From an uncultured Chloroflexia bacterium (GTDB taxonomy: Bacteria; Chloroflexota; Limnocylindria; Limnocylindrales; CSP1-4), in NCBI GenBank assembly GCA_963835945.1, contig CAWIHR010000068.1, forward strand, positions 2,325 through 66,324: DNA of 64,000 nt. The letters are read 5' to 3'. This document shows positions 43,469 to 50,975 of the stretch, piece by piece. The translations under genes and the position numbers were made by a program. The notes below the pieces were generated by a model. It did not search any database, was not told the origin of the DNA, and was given only the letters and a program-made list of their open reading frames with translations. Position 1 is the stretch's first letter. Each line of letters opens with the position of its first letter.

Positions 43469-44623
43469 ATGCAGCCACGCAGCGCGCGGATCACGGGATG
43501 GGGCCACTACGCCCCGGACCGGATCCTCACCAACGAGGACCTGTCCACGCTCGTGGATACCTCCGACGAGTGGATCCAGTCCCGCACCGGGATCCGGGAG
43601 CGGCGGGTCGCCGCCCCTTGGGAGTCCACTGCCACGCTCGCCTCCGTGGCCGCCCGCCGCGCGCTCGCCGTCGCCGACCTCGACGCGGCCGAGGTGGACA
43701 TGATCCTGGTGGCCACGGTCACGCCCGACTACGCATTCCCGTCAACGGCCGCCCTCGTCAAGGAGGCGGTCGGCGCGTCGCGGGCCGCGGCCATGGACGT
43801 GGCGGCGGCCTGTTCCGGGTGGGTGTACGCGCTTACCGCTGCGCACGCCTACATCACCAGCGGCATGTACCGCACAGTGCTGGTCGTGGGCGCTGAGGCG
43901 CTGTCGCGGGTGTGCGACTTCACCGACCGCAACACCTGCGTGCTGTTCGGTGACGGCGCCGGGGCCGTCGTCCTGCAGGCGTCCCAGGAGGCCGGCGGGG
44001 GCCTGCTCGGCTTTGAGCTGACGGTCGACCCGAGCGGCGCGTACAACATCTGGATCCCGGCCGGGGGCAACCGCAACCCCGTGACGGAGGATACCGTCGA
44101 GCGCCGCGGCCACTTCATCCGGATGGACGGGCGCGAAACGTACCGCTACGCGACGCGCACGCTCGCCCGCTCGGCGCTCACCGCGATCGAGCGCGCCGGG
44201 CTGACCGCCGACGACATCTCGCTGTTCGTGCCCCACCAGGCCAACATCCGCATTATCGAGTCGGTCGCGAAGCAGCTCGGCCTCGCGATGGACCGCGTGT
44301 ACGTCAACGTGGATCGCTACGGCAACACGTCCGCGGCGTCCGTGCCGATCGCCCTGTCAGAGGCCGTCGAGCGGGGCCGCGTCCATCCGGGAGACCGGCT
44401 CGTGTTCGTGGCGTTTGGCGCCGGCTACACGAGCGGCGCGGCCGTCCTCGAGTGGACCGCCGATCCGTCCGCGTCGTCGCGCGCCGAGGCGGTCGGCCCC
44501 GACGTGTCCATTCATCAGCCCGGGGACTGGGTCGGGGACGACCCGACCCCGGTCGCGCTTCGACCGTTCTTCGCGGCGAATGAGGCCGCTCATCTGCGGC
44601 CGGTCGCCCCCGAGCCCGTGTAA
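43469..44623 (+). CDS. fabH: 3-oxoacyl-ACP synthase III with a C-terminal extension of about 50 aa
   Basis: SDEWIQSRTGIRERR, the active-site AACSGWVYAL, VPHQANIRI and GNTSAASVP are present. Confidence 0.9.
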   Translation: MQPRSARITGWGHYAPDRILTNEDLSTLVDTSDEWIQSRTGIRERRVAAPWESTATLASVAARRALAVADLDAAEVDMILVATVTPDYAFPSTAALVKEAVGASRAAAMDVAAACSGWVYALTAAHAYITSGMYRTVLVVGAEALSRVCDFTDRNTCVLFGDGAGAVVLQASQEAGGGLLGFELTVDPSGAYNIWIPAGGNRNPVTEDTVERRGHFIRMDGRETYRYATRTLARSALTAIERAGLTADDISLFVPHQANIRIIESVAKQLGLAMDRVYVNVDRYGNTSAASVPIALSEAVERGRVHPGDRLVFVAFGAGYTSGAAVLEWTADPSASSRAEAVGPDVSIHQPGDWVGDDPTPVALRPFFAANEAAHLRPVAPEPV

Positions 44624-44692
44624 CCCGTACAGTTCGCGCATCGAGACCCGCACCGCGTCCCCCGGGTCCGAGACGGCATCGAGCGTCCGACG

Positions 44693-44938
44693 GAGGTGTC
44701 CGCGTGATCGATCTGTCCGACAAGAGCGCCATCGTCACCGGCGGTGCGCGCGGAATCGGGCGCGCCATCGTGCTACGCCTGGCTCGCCAGGGCGCGGACA
44801 TCGCGTTCCTCGACCGCGGGCCCGTCGAGAGCGCGGAGGCGACCCGCGGCGACGTGGAGGCGCTCGGCCGGCGCTGCTTCTGGGTCGAGGGCGATGTGAG
44901 TGACCCGGAGGCGGCCCCCGCGCTCGTCGCGCGCACGG
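44693..44938 (+). repeat. Direct repeat copy 1 (246 bp: 11 bp upstream plus the first 78 codons of fabG)
   Basis: It is identical to 48207-48452 at a constant offset of 3514 nt, except for two substitutions (ctcgaccgcggg versus ctggaccgaggg). Confidence 0.9.
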
Positions 44939-45453
44939 TCGAGACGTTCGGCCGGCTCGACATCCTGGTCAACAACGCCGGCGTGACTCGCGACGACCTG
45001 ATCATGCGGATGAGCCTGGACGAGTGGCGCACCGTGCTCGAAGTGAACCTCTTCGGCGCCTTCTACGCGACGAAGGCAGTCCTGCGGCCCATGCTCCGGG
45101 CGCGCTCCGGGCGCATCGTCAACATCTCGAGCGTGTCGGGTCAAGCCGGCCAGGCGGGTCAGGCGAACTACTCGTCGTCGAAGGCCGGGCTGATCGGCCT
45201 GACGAAGGCCACCGCGCGCGAGGTCGGCAGTCGCGGCATCACCTGCAACGCGATCGCCCCCGGCTTCGTCACCACCGACCTGACGCGCGACCTGCCTGAG
45301 GCGCTCCAGTCGCAGTTGCTGGCGCAGACCCCGCTGGGCCGCTTCGGAGCGCCGGACGAGATCGCCGCCGCGGTGGCGTTTCTCTGCTCCGACGAGGCCG
45401 CGTTCATCACCGGACAGGTGCTGGCGGTGGACGGCGGCCTGGTGATGATGTAG
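44704..45453 (+). CDS. fabG: 3-oxoacyl-ACP reductase
   Basis: VTGGARGIGRAI, NNAGV, and the SDR catalytic region SSVSGQAGQAGQANYSSSKAG are present. Confidence 0.9.
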   Translation: MIDLSDKSAIVTGGARGIGRAIVLRLARQGADIAFLDRGPVESAEATRGDVEALGRRCFWVEGDVSDPEAAPALVARTVETFGRLDILVNNAGVTRDDLIMRMSLDEWRTVLEVNLFGAFYATKAVLRPMLRARSGRIVNISSVSGQAGQAGQANYSSSKAGLIGLTKATAREVGSRGITCNAIAPGFVTTDLTRDLPEALQSQLLAQTPLGRFGAPDEIAAAVAFLCSDEAAFITGQVLAVDGGLVMM

Positions 45454-45594
45454 GGCGGCAATGGGGCGGCGTAGGTTCCCATGGCAGGCGCGCCCGGTGT
45501 CCTCGTCCAGATACGTCCGTGACACCGGACCTGGGCGCGGGGTGAGGCGCGAGCGGGCCTGAGAAGGCAAGGAGAGCCCTCGCTACGCTGGGAG

Positions 45595-46698
45595 TGTCAG
45601 CCACCAGCAGCAGGAGGACCCTCGGTGATCAAGTCTAGGCGTCAGCGCGCCCATCCCCACGGCACGAGCGCCCACAACCGGTTGATCCGCCGGCGGGCCG
45701 CTGCGATCGTTCGCGAAGCCGCGCCCGCCCTGTCCCGCGACGCCCGGCGGCGCCTCAGCATGGTCGACTGGCACCGGGCCCACGGTGGGAACGTGAGCCT
45801 GACCGCCCGTCACTACGGCGTCGGTCGCTCGACGGTGTATCGCTGGCTCGGGCGGTACGACCGGTTCCATCTCGAGACCATCGAGGACCGCGGCTCCGCG
45901 CTACGCCGCCGGCGTCGGCCGACCCCGACGCTCGCTTTAGCTGGAGGCCGTCCGCTCGATCCGCGAGCGCTATCCGCGCTCATAGTAAGGACAAGCTCCG
46001 GATCCTCCTCCGACGGGCCGGGATGGCGCTCTCGACCTCGATGGTGGGGCGGATCCTGGGCCGGCTGCTGCGGGCCGGCGATCTCCACGAGCCCCACCGA
46101 CGTCGGATGAGCGTCCGGCAGCGTCGCTGGCAGCGACCGTATGCGATCCGCAAGCCGGCCGGCTGGGCAGTCCAGTCGCCGGGCGACCTCGTCCAGCTCG
46201 ACACGCTCGACATCCGGCCCCTGCCCGGCCAGATCTGGAAGCAGTTCACCGCTCGCGATGTCGTGTCCCGCTCCTGACACCGTCGAGCTCGGGCGGCGGG
46301 CGACCGCCGCGGCCGCGGCGGCGGTCCTCGATCGCCTTGCGGAGCGGATGCCCCTCCGCGTCCGGGCCATCAGCATCGAGGACGGCTCCGAGTTCACGGC
46401 CGAGTTCGAGACCGCCTGTGCCGAGCGGGGGATCCGGCTGTTCGTCCTCCCGCCCCGCTCGCCCAAGCTAGAACGGGGCAGTCGAGCGGGCCACCCGGAC
46501 CCACACCGAGGAGTTCCACGATGTCACCGCTGCTGAGCCCGAGCTCGCCGCCTTCCAGGTCGAGCTGCGAGCCTGGGAGACCGTGTACAACACGATCCGA
46601 CCCCATCAGTCGCTCGGCTATCTCACCCCGGCCGAATACCTCGCCTTCGTCGGCATCGATGTGTATCGGACGTACTGAACGAGTACAGCGGATTGACA
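45595..46698 (+). mobile_element. Decayed IS481-like insertion sequence (about 1.1 kb); ends are tentative
   Basis: It contains a frameshifted HTH plus rve-type integrase gene. TGTCA at 45595 and its complement TGACA at 46694 are the only terminal inverted match I can see. No target-site duplication was recognised. Confidence 0.5.
45625..46678 (+). pseudogene. IS481-family (DDE/rve) transposase with at least three frame breaks
   Basis: The HTH piece is LTARHYGVGRSTVYRWLGRY. SPGDLVQLDTLDIRPLPGQIWKQFTARDVVSR, AISIEDGSEFTAEFETACAERGIRLFVLPPRSPKL and TEEFHDVT..WETVYNTIRPHQSLGYLTPAEY each lie in a different frame. Confidence 0.75.
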
Positions 46699-46721
46699 CG
46701 CTATGAGGCATAGCTCATAGT
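46693..46721 (+). promoter_or_regulatory. Sigma-70-like promoter with a palindromic operator, predicting a leaderless transcript for the XRE-NTase gene
   Basis: TTGACA (46693-98), a 17-nt spacer, then CATAGT (46716-21), then 6 nt, then ATG 46728. The spacer contains CTATGAG-n6-CTCATAG (46701-46720). Confidence 0.45.
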
Positions 46722-46727
46722 TTGGGC

Positions 46728-47705
46728 ATGGTGGACGCCTTGGTACGGCAGGTCGCGGCGCGAAGGCGCGAGTTGCGGATGTCGCAGGCGCAACTTGCTG
46801 CGTTGTCAGGTGTTCCCCAGAGCGAGATCAGCCGCATCGAGCGCGGCCGCACACAGCCCTCCATCGACCGATTGCGCCGGCTCGCGGACGCCCTCGGCGT
46901 GTCGGTGACCCTGGCAGCACGCGAGTCCGGCGTGCTACCGGAGGGAGCCGACGGCCGGCCGACCGGCAACGCGGACGATGCGGAGCACTCAATCCGCCCG
47001 CTACCCTCGGGACCCGAGTGGGACGCGGTCATCGCGGCGGCCGTGCGCCTACAGCGCCTGTTGCCTGACGCGACGCTCGTCGGGGGCACTGCGGCGAGCA
47101 TGCACGCGCGGCACCGCATGAGCCACGACGCGGACCACGTGCTGGGCGACCTGCGAGACCGCTTCGACCGCGTGCGGGCGGATCTGGAGGCTGCGGTGGG
47201 ATGGCAGACAGCCCGGGTCACGCGGCCCGTCCAGATCCTTGGGTCACTCGACGGCATCGAGACCGGCGTCCGGCAACTGCGGCGTAGTGCGCCGCTGGAG
47301 ACGCAGGAGATCGAGACCGACCATGGCACCCTGCGCCTGCCTACCAGGGCGGAGATCCTCCGAGTCAAGGCGTTCTTGGTCGTCGATCGGAACGCGACAC
47401 GTGACTACCTTGACGTCGCGGCACTCTGGGACGGGATGTCCCCGGACGCCGCGCTCGGTGCACTGGCCCCTATGGACGCCCTGTACCCGCAGCCCGGCGA
47501 TCCAGGGGCGGTGCGCCAGCAGCTGATCCGCCAGCTGGCGGATCCGAGGCCGTACGATCTCGACGAGCTCCGCTTGGCCGAGTACAGGTGGCTCGCCGCG
47601 CGATGGACCGACTGGGCGACCGTCGTCGAAGCCTGTGCCGACGCATCAGCGGAAATGCTCCGGGCGATCGCCGACGGCCTGCCGGGCTGGAACGACCTGG
47701 GATGA
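46728..47705 (+). CDS. XRE-family HTH domain fused to an AbiEii/AbiGii-type nucleotidyltransferase domain
   Basis: The N-terminus is LRMSQAQLAALSGVPQSEISRIERGRTQPSIDRLRRLADALGV. The C-terminal part has LVGGTAASMHARHRMSHDADHVL (the pol-beta NTase G-G..S-x-D-x-D) and ILRVKAFLVVDRNATRDYLDVAAL, as in DUF1814/AbiEii. Confidence 0.65.
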   Translation: MVDALVRQVAARRRELRMSQAQLAALSGVPQSEISRIERGRTQPSIDRLRRLADALGVSVTLAARESGVLPEGADGRPTGNADDAEHSIRPLPSGPEWDAVIAAAVRLQRLLPDATLVGGTAASMHARHRMSHDADHVLGDLRDRFDRVRADLEAAVGWQTARVTRPVQILGSLDGIETGVRQLRRSAPLETQEIETDHGTLRLPTRAEILRVKAFLVVDRNATRDYLDVAALWDGMSPDAALGALAPMDALYPQPGDPGAVRQQLIRQLADPRPYDLDELRLAEYRWLAARWTDWATVVEACADASAEMLRAIADGLPGWNDLG

Positions 47706-47968
47706 AGCACCGGCACCTCGTCCACGAGGACTTCACCCTGGCCGTCATCGATGACATCCTCGATCGTGGCACGCTCGTGGATTGGACCCCGTTGCTACGC
47801 GAGATTCGGCGCGACCCGAATGGGCCAGTGGCGGGACGAGTTGCGGACGTCATCGAGCACCACGCGATGTATGGCACCACGCGTGCTTGGGCCCGTTTCC
47901 TCCACGCCGAGCGATCAAGGGGCGCCGCCCCGCCCGACGGCGTCGGTGAGCCCAGATCAGGGGCCTGA
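47702..47968 (+). CDS. Hypothetical 88-aa protein translationally coupled to the XRE-NTase gene
   Basis: The ATG overlaps the upstream TGA (ATGA). It reads MKHRHLVHEDFTLAVIDDILDRGTLVDWTPLLREIRRDPNGPVAGRVADVIEHHAMYG. No motif was recognised. Confidence 0.45.
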   Translation: MKHRHLVHEDFTLAVIDDILDRGTLVDWTPLLREIRRDPNGPVAGRVADVIEHHAMYGTTRAWARFLHAERSRGAAPPDGVGEPRSGA

Positions 47969-48206
47969 CCGCGGCGCACTCGTCCGGGCACACGCGAATG
48001 GGGACGCTTCGACCCGGCACTCCGCCCGTGAGCAGGGGAGGGTCACATTCCGGTTCCTCGCCAGGTCGCGGCCATTATGTTTCGTCTGTCGCTATGTGCG
48101 CCGATCACAATCGGCGTGACTTCGCGCGGCCTGATTCGCCACAATTCCGTGCAACGCGCCCATCGCGCCGCGCAAGCCACGCCCGACCCCGCTCAGCGCC
48201 CCCAGC

Positions 48207-48452
48207 GAGGTGTCCGCGTGATCGATCTGTCCGACAAGAGCGCCATCGTCACCGGCGGTGCGCGCGGAATCGGGCGCGCCATCGTGCTACGCCTGGCTCG
48301 CCAGGGCGCGGACATCGCGTTCCTGGACCGAGGGCCCGTCGAGAGCGCGGAGGCGACCCGCGGCGACGTGGAGGCGCTCGGCCGGCGCTGCTTCTGGGTC
48401 GAGGGCGATGTGAGTGACCCGGAGGCGGCCCCCGCGCTCGTCGCGCGCACGG
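48207..48452 (+). repeat. Direct repeat copy 2 (246 bp)
   Basis: See copy 1. Similarity ends abruptly after gcgctcgtcgcgcgcacgg. Confidence 0.9.
48218..48452 (+). pseudogene. Truncated duplicate of the fabG 5' end (78 codons)
   Basis: VIDLSDKSAIVTGGARGIGRAIVLRLARQGADIAFLDRGPVESAEATRGDVEALGRRCFWVEGDVSDPEAAPALVART is followed by unrelated sequence. Confidence 0.85.
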
Positions 48453-48728
48453 CAAGAGACGGCCCCACGCAATACGGGACCAGGGGCCGCCGGGACACGG
48501 GTAGCCGTGGTGCTGGACGGGCGCGCTACCATTCCCGCTGAGCGCGGTCGGCGCGTAGGCCGGGTGATCGGGGACGTATCGGGCGATCGACGCAGCACGA
48601 AGACGAAGGAGTGGGTCGCGGGAAGGTCGTATCCGTCCCGCGTGATGTAGCGTCGAGGCGCCAAGGTGTGGCAGACTGCGGATCACAGGCGCGGGTATCC
48701 GAGCTTGCCGGCCGTCCGCGAGCCGGGG

Positions 48729-49529
48729 ATGGACCGCCGCAGGGGGCGGGCCGTCGAGGGCCTACCCGGAGGACGCGTGCAGAACAGCGTCTGGGATGAG
48801 CGTGAGCTTGTCCGACGATGCAAGGAAGGCTCCGAGGCGGCCTACGCTGAGCTGGTCCGCCAGCACGGTGTCCGTCTCGTCACGCTCGCGTACCGCCTAA
48901 CGGGCAGCCGCGAGACGGCCGAGGACGTGGTCCAGGAGACCTTCCTCGCCGCCTTCCGTGCCATGGAGCGGTTCGAGCCGAAGCCGGCGCTCGCTCCTTG
49001 GCTGACGACCATCGCCGTGCGGTTCGCCTCGAAAGCGACCACGCGCCAGCCCCGTCCGACCTCCCTCGACGCGCTGATGGGGTCAGACCCCACGGATGGC
49101 GGCCCGGCCTTCCAAGTGGTATCGACCGCGCCCGACCCCCATGCCAGCGCTGAGGCCGCCGAGATCCGCGCGGAGGTCCAGCGCGCGCTCGACACACTGC
49201 CGTTCAAGCAGCGGTCGGCGGTCGTGCTGCGGCTCGTCATCGGGATGGACTACGCCGAAGCTGCCCGCGCCATGGACGTGCCGCTCAACACATACAAGAG
49301 CCTGCTCCTGCGCGGGACTCGGCAGCTGCGCGAGACCCTAGGGCCGCGTGTTGTCGGGCCCCAGGCGGGGGACGGCGTCCCGGCCGAGGACGCGGCTATC
49401 ACCGTGCCGCTCGAGCCCACGTCGAGCGCGGGTCGCGACGACGGCAGGAATTCCGCCCTCATTGCTCGTCCACCGCTCCGAGCCCCTATCGACCGCGAGC
49501 CGGTCGAGATGGCGGCCGAGTCGGAGTAG
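48729..49529 (+). CDS. ECF-type RNA polymerase sigma factor (second copy in the window)
   Basis: Region 2 reads AYAELVRQHGVRLVTLAYRLTGSRETAEDVVQETFLAAF. Region 4 reads QRSAVVLRLVIGMDYAEAARAMDVPLNTYKSLLLRGTRQLR. The start could be 48666, 48729 or 48777. Confidence 0.85.
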   Translation: MDRRRGRAVEGLPGGRVQNSVWDERELVRRCKEGSEAAYAELVRQHGVRLVTLAYRLTGSRETAEDVVQETFLAAFRAMERFEPKPALAPWLTTIAVRFASKATTRQPRPTSLDALMGSDPTDGGPAFQVVSTAPDPHASAEAAEIRAEVQRALDTLPFKQRSAVVLRLVIGMDYAEAARAMDVPLNTYKSLLLRGTRQLRETLGPRVVGPQAGDGVPAEDAAITVPLEPTSSAGRDDGRNSALIARPPLRAPIDREPVEMAAESE

Positions 49530-49564
49530 CTGCTGCGGAACCCGACCGCGCCTCCCGAGGAAGA

Positions 49565-49593
49565 TTGACCATTCTACGTTGTGAACGTAGGAT
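49565..49593 (+). promoter_or_regulatory. Sigma-70-like promoter with a palindromic operator, predicting a leaderless transcript for the MNT/HEPN pair
   Basis: TTGACC (49565-70), a 17-nt spacer, then TAGGAT (49588-93), then 6 nt, then ATG 49600. The spacer contains CTACGTT-gtg-AACGTAG (49574-49590). Confidence 0.5.
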
Positions 49594-49599
49594 TGCTGC

Positions 49600-50469
49600 A
49601 TGGTCTCGATCTTCTCCTCGCATCGCGCGCTCGAGGCTCTGGCGGCGCTGGAACAGCGCGGCGAAGCCGGCCTCCGCTTGGCCGAGGTTGCCAAGGCCGT
49701 GGGCGCGCCCGTCTCGAGCACGCAGGTCGCCCTCGGCGTGTTGATGGAGGACGGCCTGGTTTCGACGGGGTCCACGCGTCCTCCCATGTATCGGATCGCG
49801 CGCGACGAGCGCGACTCTACGGAGAAGATCCTGGATGTCGCCATGCGGCTTGCCGACGGGGCTCGACTGCTGCACGCCGCGCTGCGCGTTAATCGTGCGG
49901 TCGAGTTCGCTGCCGACGACGCAGCGGGGTTGCTGCTCGTCATCCGATGGGACGCTGAGCCGCCCGACGAGGTTCTCCTCGACCGAATGCTGCGACGCAT
50001 CGATCTCGAGATCGCCCGCTTCGGCCACGACGAAGCGCGGGAGCGGCTGCGCGCCGGGGCGTCGCTGCGCGAGCGCGCCAGCCACGGTCGGGTCATTGTC
50101 GGCTCGGTGGACCGCTCATTCCCCCACCCGTTCCGCCATGGGTCTCCCGACGCGCAGCCGCTGGGCCGTCTCAATCCGGCGGTTGCTCGTCCGTCGCGCA
50201 GCGCCCTCGCTCGCATCGCTCGCCGGTTCGGGCTGTCCGAGGTTCGAGTCTTTGGCTCGGCCGTGCATGCGGACTTCCGGTCTGACTCGGACATGGACGT
50301 CATGGTCCGGCGGAAGCCCGGCATCCGGCGGACGCTCGAAGAAGAGCTCTCGCTGCGTCGCGCCCTCGAGGACCTGCTGGACCGGGACGTGGACGTGGTG
50401 GACGCACGCGTGCTCCGTCGGCCCATCCGGGAGAAGGTCGAGTCCGACGGGGTGATCCTCTATGGATGA
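49600..50469 (+). CDS. Winged-HTH N-terminal region fused to a minimal nucleotidyltransferase (MNT) domain; putative antitoxin/regulator
   Basis: The N-terminus is LRLAEVAKAVGAPVSSTQVALGVLMEDGLVS. The C-terminus is RVFGSAVHADFRSDSDMDVMV (G-S..S-D-x-D) with RRPIREKVESDGVILYG. At 289 aa it is longer than the roughly 100-140 aa typical of MNT proteins. Confidence 0.7.
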   Translation: MVSIFSSHRALEALAALEQRGEAGLRLAEVAKAVGAPVSSTQVALGVLMEDGLVSTGSTRPPMYRIARDERDSTEKILDVAMRLADGARLLHAALRVNRAVEFAADDAAGLLLVIRWDAEPPDEVLLDRMLRRIDLEIARFGHDEARERLRAGASLRERASHGRVIVGSVDRSFPHPFRHGSPDAQPLGRLNPAVARPSRSALARIARRFGLSEVRVFGSAVHADFRSDSDMDVMVRRKPGIRRTLEEELSLRRALEDLLDRDVDVVDARVLRRPIREKVESDGVILYG

Positions 50470-50890
50470 CCGGGACCGACAACACCTCCGCAACCTCATC
50501 GCGCATGCGCAGGCGGCGATCGGATACACGACCGCGCACGGTCGCGGCTGGTGGAAGAACGCGGAGACGCTCGATGCCGTCCTGATGCGGATCTCGCAGG
50601 TCAGCGAGGCCGCGACCAGGACCTCGCCCGAAGCGTTGGCGGAAGTGCCCGGCGTCGTCTGGCGAGACGTCAAGGGCGTGCGTGCCAGGATCGTGCACGA
50701 TTACCAGTCCATCGACGTGCTCGTGATCCGCGGCGTAGTTGCCCGTCAGCTCCCGCGCCTGGTCGCACGCGTGGAGCGGGCGCTTGCCGCGGACGAGAGG
50801 CGCAGACTGCCGCCCGACACGCTTTCCCTAGATGCCCCGCATACCGCTGCTCAGCCCCGGCGACGACCGGGTGGGCAGGCCTCGGCGTGA
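50462..50890 (+). CDS. HEPN-domain (DUF86-type) protein; putative toxin partner of the MNT
   Basis: The ATG overlaps the MNT gene by 8 nt. The R-x4-H motif lies in GVRARIVHDYQSIDVLVI. Confidence 0.7.
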   Translation: MDDRDRQHLRNLIAHAQAAIGYTTAHGRGWWKNAETLDAVLMRISQVSEAATRTSPEALAEVPGVVWRDVKGVRARIVHDYQSIDVLVIRGVVARQLPRLVARVERALAADERRRLPPDTLSLDAPHTAAQPRRRPGGQASA

Positions 50891-50975
50891 ACGCCGTGGG
50901 GTCACCCCGCGGCCGACCCATGACGAAGGTACTCCAAGCCGGGGCTGCAACCTTTCACGGGCATCGTGGCTTTCT

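Noticed and set aside
45494-45528. Hairpin CCGGTGTC-n19-GACACCGG after fabG as a terminator
   Set aside because: The stem is 8 bp, the loop is large (19 nt) and there is no U-tract. That is too weak to call. It may simply be incidental in GC-rich DNA.
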